DNA of 64,000 nt from an uncultured archaeon (GTDB taxonomy: Archaea > Asgardarchaeota > Thorarchaeia > Thorarchaeales > Thorarchaeaceae), in assembly GCA_964558645.1 (NCBI GenBank), contig CAZLEV010000003.1:32001-96000 (forward strand), written 5' to 3'. The notes under the pieces are model-generated. The model was not told where the DNA came from. It was given only the letters and a program-made list of their open reading frames with translations, and made no database searches. The translations under genes were made by a program, and so were the position numbers. The stretch's first letter is position 1, and each line of letters opens with the position of its first letter. Shown here piece after piece: positions 28,727 through 37,828 of the stretch.

Positions 28727-30298
28727 ATGATGCTCAGAGGAAGACGATCTTTCACCTTGGTTGCGTTTGTCACCTTATTGGCCTTTCTCATGTTTGTGGG
28801 GACTAGCACTGCACAGACCGATGATGACTGGTTCGGAGACGAACACGTTCAACTCTATGTTACACTGAACGGGCAGTCTCTTACGGATGCGAACCAGCTC
28901 AACCCGATTGTAATCGATATGGAAGCCCCTATGACTCTGCACCTAGAAGTTGATGTTATTGGAGCAGAATCAGTCTACAACCTGAGTGGAGCCATTGGCT
29001 TCTACTATCAGGGTTTTCGTATATTCACTATTGGAATCCAACAGAATGTAACACAGATGATTTCTCCCGAGATTACGATTCCTCCCGTTGAGGCGGATGT
29101 TGACTTCGCATCTATTATCGAGACCGAGGTCTCAGGCTTTCCAGTTCAGATTGCCACCGGAACATTTCAGGCAGGCGTCGATTTCCAGTACTACCTCGAA
29201 GGTGAGACTCTGGGTGTGGACGATCCACACACATTCACCTTGGACTTCTACTTCAACATTCCGTCGGAAGACCTGACTGATGTCCTCTTCACTGTTGCCG
29301 GCGCTGCAACCGCGGTCGCAACAGTGAGTGCCGTTGCGGGATTCGGATTCAATTTCAAGTATCTTTTCGATGGCATCCAGACTGCCCATAAGGTCCGTTC
29401 GATTCAGAAGAAGGCTGGAGAGATACGTTCTCTGCCCAACTTGACAGTCATCGGTGCGATGCCAGCTCTATTCTCTGCGGTCAAGGAGATGAAGAAGAAA
29501 GATGAATCACCTGAGCAGTCACAAGTCAGTGAATACATGTTGAAACAACGTCTACGTGAAGTAGCACCTGATGCTTGGCCTATGAAGAAATGCCCACGCT
29601 GCGTACGCAAATGGAACAGCAAAGAGGGCAGGTGTAAGAAGTGTGATTTTGATGTTGAGGAGGCAAAGCGAGAGTATGCTGAGGTTCTTATTGAAAAAGT
29701 TCCCCGCGCCATGCGGGTATTGGACAAAAAGAAGGCGCTCTCGGTCAGGAATCTTGCAAAGAAGACAAAGTCCAATGAGTACAACGCGGGAGTCATCTCG
29801 GCAGCCATGGTTGACACTGGACTGACTGAGATCACCAAAGTAGAAACCCCGTTACGTAGCTTCGTGATGAACATTGGAGGTCTCGTCTTCCTTGTGCTGA
29901 CTTGGCAGCAATTGCTTGGAGGTGCTGCCAGTGAGTTTCAGACAACATTGACATTTGTTGGTGCTGCGCTTTCTGTTGCCGTCATTGTCGCCTTATACTT
30001 CGCCAGAAAGTCACAGATAGAGAAGTTACAGGTGGCAATCGATGAAGGGAAACCAATGATGCCAACCAAAGAAGAGGTTCTTGGGGAGGAAGAACGTACT
30101 GAAGCAGTCGAAGAGGAGACCGTATACGAGGGAGATAGCGAATATCCCTCTGAGTTCGAGCCAGCAGAGGAAGGCTATTCCGAATCAGAGCAAGAGGTCG
30201 ACGAAGCCCTTCTAGAGGACGAAGAAGGCCTTGAGTCCTTGGATGAGAGAGGCCGTGACGACACCCCCTCTTCGGATTACACGGTCACCGAAGATTAA
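28727..30298 (+). CDS. Receptor-like membrane protein: signal peptide, extracellular beta domain, TM, Zn-ribbon, wHTH-like region, TM hairpin, acidic tail
   Basis: Architecture read from sequence: CPRC..CKKC; LSVRNLAKKTK..AAMVDTGL; Glu-rich C-terminus. Confidence 0.75.
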   Translation: MMLRGRRSFTLVAFVTLLAFLMFVGTSTAQTDDDWFGDEHVQLYVTLNGQSLTDANQLNPIVIDMEAPMTLHLEVDVIGAESVYNLSGAIGFYYQGFRIFTIGIQQNVTQMISPEITIPPVEADVDFASIIETEVSGFPVQIATGTFQAGVDFQYYLEGETLGVDDPHTFTLDFYFNIPSEDLTDVLFTVAGAATAVATVSAVAGFGFNFKYLFDGIQTAHKVRSIQKKAGEIRSLPNLTVIGAMPALFSAVKEMKKKDESPEQSQVSEYMLKQRLREVAPDAWPMKKCPRCVRKWNSKEGRCKKCDFDVEEAKREYAEVLIEKVPRAMRVLDKKKALSVRNLAKKTKSNEYNAGVISAAMVDTGLTEITKVETPLRSFVMNIGGLVFLVLTWQQLLGGAASEFQTTLTFVGAALSVAVIVALYFARKSQIEKLQVAIDEGKPMMPTKEEVLGEEERTEAVEEETVYEGDSEYPSEFEPAEEGYSESEQEVDEALLEDEEGLESLDERGRDDTPSSDYTVTED

Positions 30299-30305
30299 AG
30301 GCATA

Positions 30306-30335
30306 GGAGCTGGCCGTGCTGACCAGACCAGCTCC
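30306..30335. terminator. Hairpin between convergent genes
   Basis: GGAGCTGG (30306-30313) / CCAGCTCC (30328-30335). Confidence 0.45.
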
Positions 30336-30342
30336 CCAATTC

Positions 30343-31722
30343 CTACTGAGTTGCTGCAGTCAGGGTACAGTCCGAAACTCGAACATGCGGGATAATGGTA
30401 GGAGTAGGCACTTCCCACCAGTAGATCTGCTTCAGATCCTGTCCCAGTGCAGTGATCTTGGAGAACATCCGCATGAGATTGTCGCTAATTCTCAGATTCT
30501 TGATAGGTTTCATGTCTCCTTGCTCCACCAGAAACATGGCATCGCGAGGTATCGTTGAGAACTCACCTGTCTGATAGTTCTGGAACCTTGTGTACCAGTT
30601 GCAGGTCACATATATTGTGGGCTTGTTTCCTTCGAGTAGCTCTTCAAAGGAGTGGTCTCCCTCATCAAAGACGATATTCGAATTGCCGGGAAGCAGCATC
30701 TTCGAACCTTGACTTATGGACTGAAGCGAGGAGCTCCCAGTCGATTCCGTTTGAAACATCTTTGCAGTTGTGGTATTGTGAACAAGCGACTTGAGGACAC
30801 CATTCTCAACAATCTCAACCTCTCGAGTTGGTGTACCTTCGAAGTCGAATCTCTTGCTTCCCAAAGCACCTGCAAAATGTGGGTTGTCTTTCACGGAGAC
30901 AAAATCGGGGCCTATGCTCTCACCCATGCGGTCTCCCAATGGTGAAAGACCAATAAGAATAAGAAACGGGTTGGCACTTCCTGGTACGCCAGCAATGATA
31001 TCCGCTGCGACCGTGGGGCTGAGCACCAAATCGTATTTGCCGGGTTCTCCCTGTTTTGCTCCAATTGCCTGTTTCGACAGACGACCTGCTTCCGCCCCTG
31101 CTTCTACCATCTTCTCTTTGTCCTCTGTCGGCATAGTGCCACAATGAAGTCCTTGTCCTGAGTAGTCCAGTTCATCTTGGAATGCTCTCACATTGAGGTC
31201 GAACGACGTTGACCTGGTCAATCCTTCAGGACCGTAGCTTGATCTGAAGTACTTCTGCACTTTTCCAAACTTTAGTGCACCAGCCACTCTCTTAGCTCCC
31301 TTGGTTATGGCAGCATCTATGGACGAGTTGACTATCTCTGGTGCCTCTGCAGTGAAACTATCGATATTCTCGTCGAAGGTTCCGTGGATAGGCGAGTATT
31401 CACTGACAGTCCCCTCGACTCCTTGGAAGAACTGTGACTCGGGAAGAATCCTCGTGAATTCTAGCGCTGTGTCGACTGCGCTTCTCACCTCGTCCTCGTT
31501 GGAAACAGACCTCTCAATCGAGCCGATTTGGGCCCCCGTGCGAATGAGGAATATTTCTAGCTTGAGTTCTTTCCATCTCTTGCTGATATCTATTGCATTC
31601 TGCGAGAAGCGTATCTGGGACGTTGATGACTCGATCCCATGGACGATAATCCCCTCTGTTCTATCTTCTGCATAGTCAACAGCAAGGTCGACAAAGGTCT
31701 TCATGTCTTCGAAACCAGTCAT
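30343..31722 (-). CDS. pmbA: PmbA/TldE family protein
   Basis: IRFSQN, PGKYDLVLSP, FDFEGTPT, WYTRFQNY..GEFST..RD; no HExxH. Confidence 0.88.
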   Translation of the reverse strand: MTGFEDMKTFVDLAVDYAEDRTEGIIVHGIESSTSQIRFSQNAIDISKRWKELKLEIFLIRTGAQIGSIERSVSNEDEVRSAVDTALEFTRILPESQFFQGVEGTVSEYSPIHGTFDENIDSFTAEAPEIVNSSIDAAITKGAKRVAGALKFGKVQKYFRSSYGPEGLTRSTSFDLNVRAFQDELDYSGQGLHCGTMPTEDKEKMVEAGAEAGRLSKQAIGAKQGEPGKYDLVLSPTVAADIIAGVPGSANPFLILIGLSPLGDRMGESIGPDFVSVKDNPHFAGALGSKRFDFEGTPTREVEIVENGVLKSLVHNTTTAKMFQTESTGSSSLQSISQGSKMLLPGNSNIVFDEGDHSFEELLEGNKPTIYVTCNWYTRFQNYQTGEFSTIPRDAMFLVEQGDMKPIKNLRISDNLMRMFSKITALGQDLKQIYWWEVPTPTIIPHVRVSDCTLTAATQ

Positions 31723-33152
31723 TGACCAACACCTCCCAATCTAATGTTCCTCAGTCTAAGTTCGCCGCCTCCCGCGTAGACCGGAACTCCCTGCATGGGA
31801 TCGCTTTTTCCGCATGTCCCGGGGAAGTCGAACTTTAGCCGCTTCGAAACTGCATCGATTGCGCTGAGAAGCCCCACGCTTGTGGTTTCCAGAACCGGCC
31901 TGCTTACCATCTCGTCTGTCACCTCACCCTCACGGATAACATAGGCCACGGAGCCTTTGTACTTGGATTGGTATCGTCTGTCATCAATATTCCACTCGGC
32001 AAATGTCTTCAAATATACGCCGAGTTCCACATCCTCGACGAGCTCCTCGAAGGAGTAGTTCCCTGGCTCAAAGTATGTGTTTGCCATCCGTATAATCGGT
32101 TCTCGATTGTACTTGGCGGAGCGTGCGGCACCATTGGACTCCATTCCAAATCTCTGACCAAACTCTCTGTTTAGGAGAGGTTCGTTGATGATACCCTTCT
32201 TGATGAGTTCCCTCTTTCGGGCCTTGACACCTTCATCATCGTACAGGTAGAATCCACCTGTATTAGGTATAGTTGGATCTTCACTCACATTCACGGCGTC
32301 ACTTCCTACCCGCGACTTCCCCATTTCAAGGTCTCGCCAGAAGCTCTCTCCTGCCTGTGCTCCTTCTCGACCTTTGATTCTGTCGCCCTCGCTGGGATGT
32401 CCAACGTTCTCGTGTGCAATGATTCCGGCTACTTCAGGTCCTACAATCATGTCAACTGGCCTGCTGAGGAGTTCTTTGACTGCCACGGCCTCATTGGCTG
32501 CTTTCTGAAGTAGCTTGACTTCTTCGCTTAGATTATCGATTACATTCCCTTCCTCGATTCGTTCCCAGCCGCCCGCCTGAGTCATATCGAGAAACTTCTG
32601 TTCAGAGCCCTTTTCTCCCTTAGCTGTCATGAGGGCAAAAGCGAAGATATGCGACAACATGCTAGCTATCTCTGTCCCTTCGCTTGTCACAACGTACTTC
32701 TCACTTTGCGACGGTGTCAATATCAGAGTGAACTGCGGGAGTCCGTTCATGACCGAGTTCATCTCATCGGCAGTAGCCATGATGGTTTCTGTGTCCACAT
32801 CCTCTATCTGCTGTCTGGCATCTATTTCCCATTCGGCCTTGTTTGTAACGGGTTCGCCGAAGTCGATCGGCTCTTTCCGGTTACCATGCTTAGCCATCTC
32901 GAAAGCTTCAGAAATCGCTTCTCTTGCGACTTCTTTGTTCAGCCTGTCAAACGTGCCGAATCCCATGTTGCCATTGACAAGCATTCGAACTCCAATGCCC
33001 GAATCAGGCTGCGTTCCTGCGGAGACAGGTGCGCCATTTCTATAGACAAATCCTCTACTGAGTCTGTCTTCGAAACGCGCTTCCACATAAGATGCTCCAA
33101 GGTCGCGACCTAGTTCAACGCAGTATTCTGCAAGGTCCTTACCATTAGCCAC
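31719..33152 (-). CDS. tldD: TldD family metalloprotease
   Basis: HENVGHPSEGD, YDDEGV, PIIRMANTY, CGKSDPMQGVPV; start probably GTG 33152. Confidence 0.92.
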   Translation of the reverse strand: MANGKDLAEYCVELGRDLGASYVEARFEDRLSRGFVYRNGAPVSAGTQPDSGIGVRMLVNGNMGFGTFDRLNKEVAREAISEAFEMAKHGNRKEPIDFGEPVTNKAEWEIDARQQIEDVDTETIMATADEMNSVMNGLPQFTLILTPSQSEKYVVTSEGTEIASMLSHIFAFALMTAKGEKGSEQKFLDMTQAGGWERIEEGNVIDNLSEEVKLLQKAANEAVAVKELLSRPVDMIVGPEVAGIIAHENVGHPSEGDRIKGREGAQAGESFWRDLEMGKSRVGSDAVNVSEDPTIPNTGGFYLYDDEGVKARKRELIKKGIINEPLLNREFGQRFGMESNGAARSAKYNREPIIRMANTYFEPGNYSFEELVEDVELGVYLKTFAEWNIDDRRYQSKYKGSVAYVIREGEVTDEMVSRPVLETTSVGLLSAIDAVSKRLKFDFPGTCGKSDPMQGVPVYAGGGELRLRNIRLGGVGQ

Positions 33153-33320
33153 TATTGGCACCACGTCTTCAGAGAAAAGAGCACTGGTAGATAAATTGAT
33201 GGGACAAAGCACGGAGGATGCGCGGCTGAAAGACTGGATGAAGTCGTGTCTGTAAAGCTTGAACTCTTATAAGCACTGAAAGTTGCTCTCTTGTTGTCAA
33301 GAAATTAAGAGGCTGTCAAT

Positions 33321-34682
33321 ATGACTGAACGGATAGCAATCATCGGTTGTGGTGCCGCAGGTGCCACTGCAGCTCTGCAAGCACGCAAATTCAACAGGGA
33401 AGCTGAGATCACTGTTTTCAACACCGAGGTGTATTCCCAATATTCTAGGTGTGGTCTTCCGTATACTATCTCGGGAAAGGTCCGAGAGTTCGAGGACCTT
33501 GTGCTCATGCCTCCAGATAACTGGGGGATGTTGAAGATTGACGCCAAGTTGGGTGTTACTGTCACTGCCATAGACCACGACAACAAAGAACTAAGCTTCG
33601 AGGGCCCTGATGAATCAGGCACTCTGGAGTATGATTCGCTCATTTTCGCAACAGGTGCAGTGAACGCGGACCCGCCAATCAAGGGTCTGGACAAAGAGAG
33701 GGTCTACGGGCTCAGAACGCTGGATGACGCGAAAGCGCTGGCGAAGGAGGCTGACAAAGCCAAGGACATTCTCATCGTTGGTGGAGGGCTTGTGGGCATG
33801 GAGACTGCCGAGGCGTTCCGCGAGAGGGGTCTCAATGTCACGGTTGTCGAATTTCTGCCCAATATTCTCCTTGCCATGGTCGATTCTGATATGGCTGAGA
33901 TAATCGAGGAACACTGCAAAGAACATGGTCTGAATATAATGTGTAACAGTGCTGCCAAGGAAGTTATCGGCGACAAGGCCCCCAAGGCGGTATTGGTTGA
34001 AAGCAGAGAAACAGGTGAAGACAAGGAGATTCCGGCTGACGCCGTCGTTGTTGCAACTGGCGTTCGTCCCGTGACCGAGATTGCTCAGAGTATCGGTGTG
34101 GAAACTGGCCCCACTCGAGGCATAGTCGTTGATGATAGGATGGAGACCAACTTGAAAGATGTCTATTCTTGTGGTGACTGTGCCGAGCATGTAGATTTCG
34201 TCACCGGAAAGCCCATGGCCGGTGGTCTTGGTACCATTGCGGTCCGTCAGGCGAGAGTTGCGGGGATCAATGCAGCCGGGGGAGATGAGAAGTTTCCAGG
34301 AATTGTTGGAGCAAAGGTGACCAAATTGTTTGGGCTGGAGATTGCCTCGACTGGCCTCACTGAAAGTCTTGCAGAACGCTTTGAGGTCAAGATCAAGAAA
34401 GGGTCGGTGAAAGGTTTGACAAAGCCCCCCTACTATGTGGGTGGAAAAGAGATCAAAATCAAGACATTCTATGACTCGGATGGAGGAAAGATTGTTGGTG
34501 GGCAACTAGTGGGTGTTGAGGATGCTGCCATGCGTCTCAATGTTGTAACCGTGGGAATCCAGACCCACATGACGGCACCTGAGTTCTTCGACTTTGAGAA
34601 TTGCTATGCCCCTGCTATCTGTGATACTTGGGATCCCCTTGTGACCTCCGCTGAGGCTGCGAGGAAGCGTCTCAGGATGTAA
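33321..34682 (+). CDS. NADH oxidase / CoA-disulfide reductase family flavoprotein
   Basis: GCGAAG, redox Cys YSRCGLPY, GGGLVGME, CGDC, C-terminal YAPA. Confidence 0.9.
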   Translation: MTERIAIIGCGAAGATAALQARKFNREAEITVFNTEVYSQYSRCGLPYTISGKVREFEDLVLMPPDNWGMLKIDAKLGVTVTAIDHDNKELSFEGPDESGTLEYDSLIFATGAVNADPPIKGLDKERVYGLRTLDDAKALAKEADKAKDILIVGGGLVGMETAEAFRERGLNVTVVEFLPNILLAMVDSDMAEIIEEHCKEHGLNIMCNSAAKEVIGDKAPKAVLVESRETGEDKEIPADAVVVATGVRPVTEIAQSIGVETGPTRGIVVDDRMETNLKDVYSCGDCAEHVDFVTGKPMAGGLGTIAVRQARVAGINAAGGDEKFPGIVGAKVTKLFGLEIASTGLTESLAERFEVKIKKGSVKGLTKPPYYVGGKEIKIKTFYDSDGGKIVGGQLVGVEDAAMRLNVVTVGIQTHMTAPEFFDFENCYAPAICDTWDPLVTSAEAARKRLRM

Positions 34683-34703
34683 TTCTCGGGAGAATGAGAA
34701 TCT

Positions 34704-34737
34704 GGGCCAACAGGCTTGAGTTACAGCCTGTTGGTCC
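34704..34737. terminator. 13-bp hairpin between convergent genes
   Basis: gggccaacaggct-tgagttac-agcctgttggtcc. Confidence 0.65.
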
Positions 34738-35214
34738 TTAGGGTGCGATGACGGAGCCGTTCTCAAGTGCGAACTCTAGAGAGCTGTATTGGGTAGGTGA
34801 ACTCGCAACAATGACTGCCTTCTTCAGTTTGGACTCCCTTTTTGCATGTATATGTAAAGCCTTGACGATCTCTTCAGCCACCTCCCAACTTGGAATCCTG
34901 GCGACTTCGTAACCTATGGTGTAGAAACCAACGTCCGATAGTTCTTGGTTGTGGGCAATCAGCAAAGCCTTCTCGGCTGCGTCATATATTGTCTGACGTC
35001 TGTCTGAGTCCGTGATTGACAGGGTTGGCCAGTACTCAATGACATCTGCTTGGACTTCGCGCATCATCGAAACGTCATATACAGGCAAGTATCTCCTGCT
35101 GGGCGGTCTCGAGGCAGGGGTCAAATCCTTCGAGACCAGCGCCAGTCCAGTCTTTTCATCAAATTGTCCCATGACAGCCTGGACCTGTATAGCACCAATA
35201 TTGCACTGCTTCAC
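34738..35214 (-). CDS. Degenerate Macro-domain-like protein
   Basis: Macro-like topology (IQVQAVMGQF ... DVGFYTIG ... EVAEEIVKAL ... LKKAVIV) without NAAN/GGGV motifs; 4-nt overlap with the Macro gene. Confidence 0.6.
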   Translation of the reverse strand: MKQCNIGAIQVQAVMGQFDEKTGLALVSKDLTPASRPPSRRYLPVYDVSMMREVQADVIEYWPTLSITDSDRRQTIYDAAEKALLIAHNQELSDVGFYTIGYEVARIPSWEVAEEIVKALHIHAKRESKLKKAVIVASSPTQYSSLEFALENGSVIAP

Positions 35215-35747
35215 ATGTTCCCCTCCACGAGTTCTGTCAGAGCTTTCTCGAACGCTGGCTCTGATTCCGGATTGTATGCAACAAGTACGACCCGCTTCAC
35301 TCTTTGATTCTCTCTGGTATGACCTACGACTGCCCTGACAATGGCGCGGGCGGACTCTTCCATTGTCAATCCCCCTGCACCAGCTCCAATAGCCGGAAAC
35401 GCGACCTCCTCGAGACTCTCCTCGTCTGCAATCTTAAGTGCCTCCGCCACGCAGTTGGTTACGTTCTCAGATGTGGCTCTTCCTCCAGGTGGCATGCCCG
35501 CACAGTGAAGTACTCGTTTTGCAGCAAGCCTGCCGGCATTGGTGACTACCGACTCGCCAGGCTTGATTGGCCCCTTGGAGATAGCCTCCTTCTCGATCTC
35601 GGCTCCTCCCTTTCTCCTGATTGCTCCCGCCACTCCCGATCCCATCCACAGGTCTGAGTTGGCCGCATTCGCGATAGCATCAACACCTAGGTCTGTGATA
35701 TCTCCAACATAGGTTTCCACAGTAATATCGTTCACTTTCTTCTTCAC
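35211..35747 (-). CDS. Macro-domain protein (Af1521/MacroD-like ADP-ribose binder or hydrolase)
   Basis: GDITDLGVDAIANAANSDLWMGSGVAGAI, VAFPAIGAG; GTG start with GGAGG RBS. Confidence 0.93.
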   Translation of the reverse strand: MKKKVNDITVETYVGDITDLGVDAIANAANSDLWMGSGVAGAIRRKGGAEIEKEAISKGPIKPGESVVTNAGRLAAKRVLHCAGMPPGGRATSENVTNCVAEALKIADEESLEEVAFPAIGAGAGGLTMEESARAIVRAVVGHTRENQRVKRVVLVAYNPESEPAFEKALTELVEGNM

Positions 35748-35942
35748 AGAAGACCCTCCGAATGTCTTGAAACCAGAAGCAGTATGGGATAGACACAAGA
35801 AAAAGATTCCTAGCCATCTGGTTCAGCTCCATAAGTCTTCACAACTGGATGGTCTCAAGAGGTAGAACTATTTGCTGGTAATCCATTCCCTGACCAGGCG
35901 AGAATACTGACTGACCTCGATGACTCAGAACTCCAATCACTT

Positions 35943-36494
35943 GTGGCGGAATATGGTGTCCCCAAAAAGATCCACTTCGAAGCAGACTTCTTGGATTTTG
36001 AGTGTGATCTGATACGAAAGAGTGAGGCAAAGGGTAGAAACCATGATATCACATGCTTCATCCGACATGATGAAGACTGGGTTGTCATCCAGAAGCATGC
36101 TTACGCCGGCACCGGTATCTACAGAGCGCCATCGGGAGGTGCGAATCCTGGCGAGTCTCTTGAGGAGGCAGCTATTCGTGAGATGTGCGAGGAAACCGGC
36201 ATCATCGTGCAACTTCGCAGGTTTGTGCTAGATGTGAGTCTAGACATCCGTTGCTCTGACAGAACCGTACCGTGGAGGTCACTCGTATTCCTGGCTGACC
36301 CGGTCGGCGGAGCCCTTGAGATCATCGATGACTTCGAGATCTATGCCGTGAAAGTCATGTCACGCGAGGAGATTCTTGGAAACGTCCAAGATAGGATGGA
36401 GGATACCGGCTGGGGTGGGTTTGCCTATCGCGCCTTCTTGACACAGAATTTCTTCCAAGCACTTGACGAACTCGAAGAAGAAGAGAAGCGATAA
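35943..36494 (+). CDS. Nudix hydrolase (true start possibly CTG 35907)
   Basis: Nudix box GGANPGESLEEAAIREMCEETG. Confidence 0.9.
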   Translation: MAEYGVPKKIHFEADFLDFECDLIRKSEAKGRNHDITCFIRHDEDWVVIQKHAYAGTGIYRAPSGGANPGESLEEAAIREMCEETGIIVQLRRFVLDVSLDIRCSDRTVPWRSLVFLADPVGGALEIIDDFEIYAVKVMSREEILGNVQDRMEDTGWGGFAYRAFLTQNFFQALDELEEEEKR

Positions 36495-36538
36495 GGATCT
36501 GTAGACTCCCTATCGCACAAGTCTCAGTGATGTGTTAT

Positions 36539-37498
36539 CTATGGTTCCATTGTGATATGCAGTCTTCTGACAAGTTCCTTGTACCGATTCCGTACTGTCA
36601 CTTCAGTGACGCCTGCAGCCATTGCGATATCCCGTTGTGTGACTCGATTGTCAGTCAGTATTGATGCGATGTAGATAGCTGCTGCAGCAAGACCTCGAGG
36701 ATCTCTTCCTGTGATCAGATTGCGTTCTTTCTTCGCATTTTCGAGGATCTCAAGGACCTTCTGTTGAACTTCACCTGGGAGGCCGAGTTGCGTGATGAAT
36801 CTGGGTACATAGTTCGCAGGGTCGGATATCGGCATTCTTAGTTTAAGTTTCTCCACGAGAAGCCTGTAGTGCTGTCCTATCTTCTTCTTGCTTACCCGGG
36901 AATGTCTTGCTATCTCTTCAAGTGAACGTGGGGCCTCTCGTAGTCTGCATGCAGCATAGATTGCTGCGCCCACCATTGCATCGATGGAGCGACTCCTTGC
37001 CAGGCGACGGACGATTAGTTTCCTGTAGAGCAGGGCTGCAAGTTCCTTGATGCTCTTGCTTAGTCCCAGCTGTGATGTGAGCCTGTCAAGCTCAGACATG
37101 GCCTGAGCAAGGTTCCTATCAACCGAGCTGTGGACGCGTGTTCGAATCTGCCACTTTCTGAGTCGATAGATCTCGGAGCGTTTCTTGGCAGAGAATCGTC
37201 TGCCCTGCGAGTCGTAGTCCCTCCAATCTATCATGGTGGACAGACCCTTATCGTGAATGGCATAGTTCGTCGGAGCCCCTGCCCGAGACCGTGCGTTTCG
37301 CTCGTCCGCAGTAAAGGCTCTCCATTCAGGCCCCGTATCTATGCGGTGATCGCTCACTACAAGTCCGCAGGATGCACAGATACGCTCTCCCTTTTCGACG
37401 TCCTGTACAACGTCGTGTCCTCCACATTCGGGGCATGTGAAACCGTTCTCTGAACGGGAACGACCCTCCTGTTTCGTGCGATTTGAATTTGATGCCAT
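36539..37498 (-). CDS. tfb: Transcription initiation factor IIB (TFB)
   Basis: Zn ribbon CPECG..CASCG, B-reader GPEWRAF, two cyclin repeats, GVTEVTVRNRYKEL. Confidence 0.97.
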   Translation of the reverse strand: MASNSNRTKQEGRSRSENGFTCPECGGHDVVQDVEKGERICASCGLVVSDHRIDTGPEWRAFTADERNARSRAGAPTNYAIHDKGLSTMIDWRDYDSQGRRFSAKKRSEIYRLRKWQIRTRVHSSVDRNLAQAMSELDRLTSQLGLSKSIKELAALLYRKLIVRRLARSRSIDAMVGAAIYAACRLREAPRSLEEIARHSRVSKKKIGQHYRLLVEKLKLRMPISDPANYVPRFITQLGLPGEVQQKVLEILENAKKERNLITGRDPRGLAAAAIYIASILTDNRVTQRDIAMAAGVTEVTVRNRYKELVRRLHITMEP

Positions 37499-37622
37499 GA
37501 TCTATCTGACCTCTCTAACCTATGAACTAGAATATAGAGTGGCTTGCCCTTCCTTCATCTCAACAAAATCTGTTGGTGGTGGCTTCGGGTGATAAGAACA
37601 CTCATTCTCGCCCATCTGGTTC

Positions 37623-37638
37623 CGCTAAACTTATATAT
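37623..37638 (+). promoter_or_regulatory. Putative + strand BRE/TATA promoter with no downstream CDS
   Basis: cgctaaac-TTATATAT. Confidence 0.45.
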
Positions 37639-37649
37639 GCGGATGCGGG

Positions 37650-37665
37650 CTTATAAATCTTTCGG
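37650..37665 (-). promoter_or_regulatory. BRE + TATA promoter of tfb
   Basis: Minus strand reads ccGAAAgaTTTATAAg. Confidence 0.65.
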
Positions 37666-37812
37666 TGAAATTTGATGAGATGGCACATCAGCTAACCATC
37701 CTGCCCCCGTTTGTCAATGGACATCTCCCGATTTAAATGTAGCGCCACTCGGGAAGAGCCGCTGTTAGCTCTTGGGACGCGTTCCACGATTCGGATGTAA
37801 CTCTTTCTCTGT
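37663..37812 (+). ncRNA. Candidate structured ncRNA (four-way junction at 37721-37798)
   Basis: Four nested or abutting helices whose G-U pairs work only on the + strand; upstream TATA; downstream pyrimidine tract; ends approximate. Confidence 0.35.
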
Positions 37813-37828
37813 TGTCCCCTGAGCAGCC

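Noticed and set aside
33615-34505. 296-aa minus-strand ORF
   Set aside because: Antisense shadow of the flavoprotein gene; no motifs
37673-37822. Box C/D sRNA reading (TTGATGA ... CTGA)
   Set aside because: Imperfect C box, ~150-nt span and no clear internal C'/D' boxes
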